Source of the DNA: Candidatus Oleimmundimicrobium americanum | GTDB lineage: Bacteria; Actinomycetota; Aquicultoria; UBA3085; Oleimmundimicrobiaceae | Assembly (NCBI GenBank): GCA_002366545.1 | Contig: DFBH01000055.1 | Coordinates: 1-52,229 of the forward strand | Direction of reading: 5' to 3' | DNA length: 52,229 bases | Shown here: positions 47,982-52,229 of the stretch, in pieces | How positions within the stretch are numbered: position 1 is the stretch's first letter | Layout of the letters: every line of letters starts with the position of its first letter | The notes under the pieces: generated by a model | What the model was told of the DNA's origin: nothing | The model's database searches: none | What the model saw: the letters and a program-made list of their open reading frames with translations, nothing else | Program-made: the position numbers and the translations under genes

Positions 47982-48800
47982 ATGATAGATTTACATATTC
48001 ACAGCACAGCTTCAGATGGAACTTGTACCCCGGAAGAACTTGTAAAGCTCGCAGTTAATTTAGGGTTAAAGGTTATAGCAATAGCAGATCATGATAGTGT
48101 TGACGGCATTCAGCCGGCAATTGATGAAGCTTCCAAACAGGGCATTGAAGTAATTCCGGCGATTGAGCTTAGTTCAGATTTAGAAGGTCGAGATATCCAT
48201 ATCCTCGGTTATTTTATTGACTACAAACATCCATGGTTTGAACATCATCTTAAGGATTTACGTAAAGCTCGGTATGAGAGAGCATTAAAAATGGTTAAGC
48301 GGCTCCAAGAAGTGGGTCTTGATATTTTGGTAAAGGATGTTCTTAAACACACCGCTGACGGTACCGCGGTGGGACGGGCACATTTAGCTCAAGCTATGCG
48401 TGAGAAAGGTTATGTCGATAGCATTCAGGAAGCTTTTGATAGATATATCGGAAAAGATGGCCCTTGTTATGTGGAGAAAAGCATATATTCTCCCCGGGAA
48501 GTTATCAAAATTATAAAGCAGGTGAACGGAATACCTATTTTAGCTCATCCCGGAATTTCAAAAGTTGATGAATTTATTCCGGATTTTATTGATGCCGGCC
48601 TTCAGGGATTGGAGGCGTATCACAGCCGACATGGTAGAGCTCAAACCTTAAAGTATAAAAGATTGGCAAAAAAACTTGGATTAATTGTTACGGGGGGTTC
48701 CGATTTTCACGGGCTAAGTGTGGGCTTGCTCATTGGTTCGGTTAATGTCCCCGATTCAATTGTTGACGATTTGAAGAGGTTAAAACAACCTACTGCTTAA
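47982..48800 (+). CDS. PHP-domain phosphoesterase (TrpH/YciV-like)
   Basis: DLHIHSTASDG N-terminus plus conserved His/Asp positions of the PHP fold. Confidence 0.88.
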   Translation: MIDLHIHSTASDGTCTPEELVKLAVNLGLKVIAIADHDSVDGIQPAIDEASKQGIEVIPAIELSSDLEGRDIHILGYFIDYKHPWFEHHLKDLRKARYERALKMVKRLQEVGLDILVKDVLKHTADGTAVGRAHLAQAMREKGYVDSIQEAFDRYIGKDGPCYVEKSIYSPREVIKIIKQVNGIPILAHPGISKVDEFIPDFIDAGLQGLEAYHSRHGRAQTLKYKRLAKKLGLIVTGGSDFHGLSVGLLIGSVNVPDSIVDDLKRLKQPTA

Positions 48801-48911
48801 AATTCTTATCGCTTTTTCAAAAATAGACACATTTCGTTACAAAAAGCACCGAAAGTAAATTTTATAAATTATGATATACTTTTCCTGATAGATTGCTATT
48901 AAGGATGGAAA

Positions 48912-50255
48912 ATGGCCAAGAAATTTTTTGTTAAAACTTATGGTTGCCAAATGAATAAACACGATTCAGAAAAGATTGCCGGACTGCTTTTATCCGAAGG
49001 CCATGAATCGGCTGAGGGAATAAATGATGCGGACATTGTTGTGTTTAACACTTGTTGTGTTCGCGAATCGGCTGAAGCTAAGTTGTATGGTAACGTGAAT
49101 TCTTTAAGGGTCGTTAAAGACCAAAGACCCGATTTAATTATTGCCATTGGTGGTTGTCTGGCACAAAAAGAAGGAGCTAATCTTCAGGAGAAGATGCCCC
49201 ACGTTGATGTAGTTTTCGGCACTCATAATTTTGCGAACCTTCCGAATTTAATAAGAAATGCCGGACGAGGCCAAAAAATTTGCGAGATATTGCAAGCTTC
49301 CCCCGGTGTAATTAAAAACCCGTCCACCCAACGCGAAAATTCCACAAAAGCGTGGGTTACTATATCCACCGGTTGCAACAATTTTTGTTCCTATTGCATT
49401 GTTCCGTATGTTAGGGGTAGGGAAACGAGCAGACCGTTTGAAGATATAGTCGCGGAAGTTGAGAAACTTGCCGATGAAGGATTTTTAGAAACAACTTTGC
49501 TCGGACAAAACGTTAATTCATATGGGCGGGATTTATATGGCAAACTTCGTTTTGCGGAACTCTTAAGAACATTAAACAAGATTGATGGCATTGAGAGAAT
49601 TAGGTTTACAAGTCCTCACCCACGGGATTTTGGTATGGATGTAGTCTTGGCCATTGCAGAGTGCGAAAAAGTCTGCGAGCACGTGCATCTGCCCCTGCAG
49701 GCCGGCTCAAATAAAGTTTTAAAAGATATGCGCAGAGGTTACACAAAAAAGGATTATCTTGAGCTCGTTGAAGCAATTTATAAAACAATTCCCGAATGCA
49801 GCATTACAACGGATATTATGGTTGGATTTCCGGGAGAAACCGAGGAGGACTTCGCAGATACTCTCGACGTTATTAAACAAGCTCGCTTTGATAACGCCTT
49901 TATGTTCATTTACTCTCCCAGAAAGGGAACAAAAGCGGCCGAGATGAAGAATCAAATATCCGAAGAAGTAAAGATGGATAGATTCAACAGGCTGCTCGAA
50001 GCACAAAATAAAAGTTGTATTGAAAACAACCGCCTGCTTGTTGGAAAAGAGATTGAAGTTTTGGTGGAAGGGGTAAGCAAAAAGGATAAAAGTGCCTTAA
50101 CGGGAAGGACCAGGACCAATAAGGTGGTTAATTTTTCAGGCCCGCCTTCGTTGATTGATGAGTTGGCAAGGGTTAAAATAAAAGAAGCTCGCTCGTGGTC
50201 TTTAGTGGGGGAGCTTAACGGGGCATATAAACGGAGGATTACATGTCAGTTGTAA
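48912..50255 (+). CDS. miaB: tRNA-2-methylthio-N6-dimethylallyladenosine synthase
   Basis: MTTase N-domain (KTYGCQMN), radical SAM CNNFCSYC, and a TRAM domain. Confidence 0.93.
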   Translation: MAKKFFVKTYGCQMNKHDSEKIAGLLLSEGHESAEGINDADIVVFNTCCVRESAEAKLYGNVNSLRVVKDQRPDLIIAIGGCLAQKEGANLQEKMPHVDVVFGTHNFANLPNLIRNAGRGQKICEILQASPGVIKNPSTQRENSTKAWVTISTGCNNFCSYCIVPYVRGRETSRPFEDIVAEVEKLADEGFLETTLLGQNVNSYGRDLYGKLRFAELLRTLNKIDGIERIRFTSPHPRDFGMDVVLAIAECEKVCEHVHLPLQAGSNKVLKDMRRGYTKKDYLELVEAIYKTIPECSITTDIMVGFPGETEEDFADTLDVIKQARFDNAFMFIYSPRKGTKAAEMKNQISEEVKMDRFNRLLEAQNKSCIENNRLLVGKEIEVLVEGVSKKDKSALTGRTRTNKVVNFSGPPSLIDELARVKIKEARSWSLVGELNGAYKRRITCQL

Positions 50256-51640
50256 TAGGTTGCACCTCTCCTCACCCACCTATACTTGTGCCCGAAATTG
50301 GTGGGGAAAGTTTATTAGAAATTAAAGCCACTCAGGATGCCATGAACAAAATGGCAGATAAGGTGGCTTCTTTAAATCCCGATATATTGGTTTTTACGTC
50401 CCCGCATAGCCCGGCATTTTCTGATGCTGTAGCCATAAAGACGGGCTCCGAACTTAGCGGCTCATTTGCGCAGTTTGGGGCTTTTTCGGTTAAATTTGAG
50501 GTAAAAAATGATGTCGAGATGGCAAAAGCCGTAATTGATGAGGCTGCGGTTTTAGATGTTCCCATGGCTGACTTAAAAGAAATGGGTTACCGGCATCTTG
50601 AAGAACTTGACCATGGAGTACTCGTTCCCCTTTGTTATCTCAAGAAGAAACTGAATGTGCCCATAGTTTCCATATCCATTTCATATTTAAGTTATCTTAA
50701 ACATTACCAATTGGGAGTTGCCGTACAAAGGGCTGCGGAAAAACTCGACAGAAGAATCGCTTTTATTGCCAGCGGGGATCTTTCTCACAGGCTTATACCC
50801 TCAGCCCCGGCTGGATATAATCCAAGAGGTATAGACTTTGACTTGAGGGTTAAGGAAATAATAGAGAAGGCCGAGTTCAAAGAATTATTAAAAATAGACG
50901 AATCCCTCATAGAAGATGCGGGGGAATGTGGCTTACGTTCATTTATTGCTTTAGGCGGAGCTTTCGATGGGCATAAAGTTAAGTCAGAGGTTCTATCTTA
51001 CGAGGCGCCGTTTGGCGTGGGTTATATGGTGGCGGTGATTGAGCCCATCGTGAAGGATAAATGCCGATTTTTTTTAACGGAAATGATGGCCGAGGAAGCC
51101 GTTAAAAGAGAAGAACGACGAAATAATGAAAGTGAACCCGTGAGACTGGCACGTGAAGCAGTTGAATTATATGTAAAAAACGGAAAATCAATAAAAGCTT
51201 CGATAAATCCGTCCAAAGAGCTTTTAGAGGAAAAAGCCGGTGCTTTTGTCTGTATAAAACGAGGCGACAAAGCGCTTAGGGGTTGCATCGGCACCACCGT
51301 CCCTTGCCAGGAAAATTTGGCGGAAGAGATTGTAAAAAACGCGATACAAGCCGCAACTTCTGATCCGAGATTTCCACCTGTGGATGAGAACGAGCTTCAT
51401 GATTTAGAATATTCAGTTGATGTTCTTGAACCCCCTGAATTCATTTCGGATGAGAGCTATTTGGATCCTGAAAAATATGGGGTAATTGTAAAGTCCGGTT
51501 TTAAAGTCGGGCTCTTGTTGCCGAATCTCAAAGGAGTGGATACCGTAAAGAAACAATTGGATATAGCCAAGCAAAAAGCCGGTATACAAGAAGGCGAGCC
51601 TGTTGAACTGTTTAGGTTTAAGGTGAAGAGATATAACTGA
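50243..51640 (+). CDS. Fusion protein: class III extradiol dioxygenase-like (LigB/MEMO-type) N-domain plus AMMECR1 C-domain
   Basis: N-terminal part has SPHPP...TSPHS...LDHG...SGDLSHRL. C-terminal part has GAFVCIKRGDKALRGCIGT (AMMECR1 signature). The ATG overlaps the last 13 nt of miaB, with GGAGGA upstream. Confidence 0.85.
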   Translation: MSVVIGCTSPHPPILVPEIGGESLLEIKATQDAMNKMADKVASLNPDILVFTSPHSPAFSDAVAIKTGSELSGSFAQFGAFSVKFEVKNDVEMAKAVIDEAAVLDVPMADLKEMGYRHLEELDHGVLVPLCYLKKKLNVPIVSISISYLSYLKHYQLGVAVQRAAEKLDRRIAFIASGDLSHRLIPSAPAGYNPRGIDFDLRVKEIIEKAEFKELLKIDESLIEDAGECGLRSFIALGGAFDGHKVKSEVLSYEAPFGVGYMVAVIEPIVKDKCRFFLTEMMAEEAVKREERRNNESEPVRLAREAVELYVKNGKSIKASINPSKELLEEKAGAFVCIKRGDKALRGCIGTTVPCQENLAEEIVKNAIQAATSDPRFPPVDENELHDLEYSVDVLEPPEFISDESYLDPEKYGVIVKSGFKVGLLLPNLKGVDTVKKQLDIAKQKAGIQEGEPVELFRFKVKRYN

Positions 51641-51641
51641 T

Positions 51642-51692
51642 AATGGAGAGCACGGAGCTTAGAGCGTAGAGCAAAGAGCCTGGAGCAGAGAG
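51642..51692 (-). repeat. Heptamer array, inverted orientation (AGCNNNG on + equals CNNNGCT on -), about 7 units
   Basis: AATGGAG AGCACGG AGCTTAG AGCGTAG AGCAAAG AGCCTGG AGCAGAG. Confidence 0.7.
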
Positions 51693-51810
51693 ATTGAATA
51701 GAGATTAAGTGGTAATTAAGTGGAGACTTCAAATTAATTACAATCAGTTACCATTAGTTTTAACGAAGCAATCTCTGTCTTACAAACTGTTTTAATTTTT
51801 AGGTGGAAAC

Positions 51811-52092
51811 ATGGATAAAGTTCGTGCTCATGTAAAGGTTGAAGGAAGAGTTCAAGGTGTATGCTTTCGTTCATACACGAAAAAAGTTGCCGAGGATAAT
51901 AATGTAACTGGTTGGGTTGGAAATATGCCCGACGGTTCGGTTGAGATGGTTTTAGAAGGCGAAAAAAAAGATGTTAAAAAGGTTATTGACTGGGCCTACG
52001 AGGGCCCGTCGTATGCTAAGGTGACGAACGTGGTCGTTAACTGGGAAGGTTATAGAGGGGAGTTTAACGGCTTTAAGGTTAGATACTGGTAA
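51811..52092 (+). CDS. acyP: Acylphosphatase
   Basis: VEGRVQGVCFR and GWVGNMPDGSVE motifs. 93 aa. Confidence 0.92.
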   Translation: MDKVRAHVKVEGRVQGVCFRSYTKKVAEDNNVTGWVGNMPDGSVEMVLEGEKKDVKKVIDWAYEGPSYAKVTNVVVNWEGYRGEFNGFKVRYW

Positions 52093-52101
52093 AACCTCAT
52101 A

Positions 52102-52136
52102 AATAGCAGATGGCTTATGGCTTATGGCTGATAGCT
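52102..52136 (+). repeat. NNNNGCT heptamer array (4-5 units)
   Basis: (AATAGCA) GATGGCT TATGGCT TATGGCT GATAGCT. It abuts the IS end. Confidence 0.75.
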
Positions 52137-52141
52137 TGGAG

Positions 52142-52229
52142 TGAACCCCAAATTTCCGACAATAAGTTAAGACACCATGGCTACGATTTGCCCCTCAAAT
52201 TCATTGGGTGGTACATAGCCAAGTGATGA
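52142..52229 (-). mobile_element. End of an IS3-family insertion sequence (terminal inverted repeat plus the 3' end of the transposase gene); it runs off the window
   Basis: TGAACCCCAAATTTCCGACA at 52142 resembles IS3/IS2-group terminal repeats (TG...CCCC...TTTCC.GACA). The minus-strand reading frame ends in an rve-type C-terminus. Confidence 0.5.
52167..52229 (-). CDS. C-terminal 20 codons of a DDE (rve) transposase, partial
   Basis: The minus strand translates to ...SSLGYVPPNEFEGQIVAMVS*. LGY-x-P-x-EFE is the typical end of the IS3-family OrfB integrase core. Confidence 0.45.
   Translation of the reverse strand, partial: SSLGYVPPNEFEGQIVAMVS

Overview
This is a 52.2-kb chromosomal segment from an AT-rich bacterium with Bacillota-like gene order. 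No organism was identified. Apart from one nuclease gene and an IS fragment at the right edge, every gene is on the + strand. The housekeeping blocks are: ileS-dksA-like-lspA-lgt-rluD; rpsB-tsf-pyrH-frr-uppS-cdsA-dxr-rseP-ispG-proS; rimP-nusA-ylxR-infB-ylxP-rbfA-nrnA-truB-ribF-rpsO-pnp-M16 peptidase-dapB-dapA-rnj-uppP-ftsK-rodZ-like-yajQ-rimO-pgsA-cinA-thpR; recA-recX; rny-(GHL ATPase)-spoVS; and PHP-miaB-(LigB/AMMECR1)-acyP. No rRNA, tRNA or CRISPR array was seen. Five things are not ordinary. (1) A textbook SOS promoter (TTGACA, 17-nt spacer holding a perfect Cheo/LexA box CGAACCTATGTTCG, then TAAAAT) sits after thpR. It does not run straight into recA. It first runs into a 435-aa TnpB/Cas12-superfamily (IS605 OrfB-like) gene that has no zinc ribbon and a non-canonical third RuvC motif. 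A 100-nt hairpin-rich spacer follows, and then recA. This is my best candidate for an undescribed system, either an SOS-wired or an exapted RNA-guided TnpB-like factor. (2) A second LexA-box promoter of the same design drives the only minus-strand housekeeping-region gene, a Cas4-like PD-(D/E)XK/Fe-S nuclease. (3) Two GC-rich non-coding islands of about 1 kb flank rny-GHL-spoVS. They are mosaics of modular hairpin repeats (CC-TCT-GG triloop hairpins, CGTCATTGCGCCTG...GCGGCAATCTC units, a precise 30-nt twin-hairpin indel, nested insertions in hairpin loops, purine/pyrimidine hairpins) plus NNNNGCT heptamer arrays. The same twin-hairpin architecture lies directly 3' of the TnpB-like gene. (4) There is an orphan MutL-N-like GHL ATPase, and a LigB/AMMECR1 fusion translationally coupled to miaB. 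(5) The right edge holds the end of an IS3-family element. All calls rest on reading the sequence and ORF translations by eye; no searches or folding programs were run.
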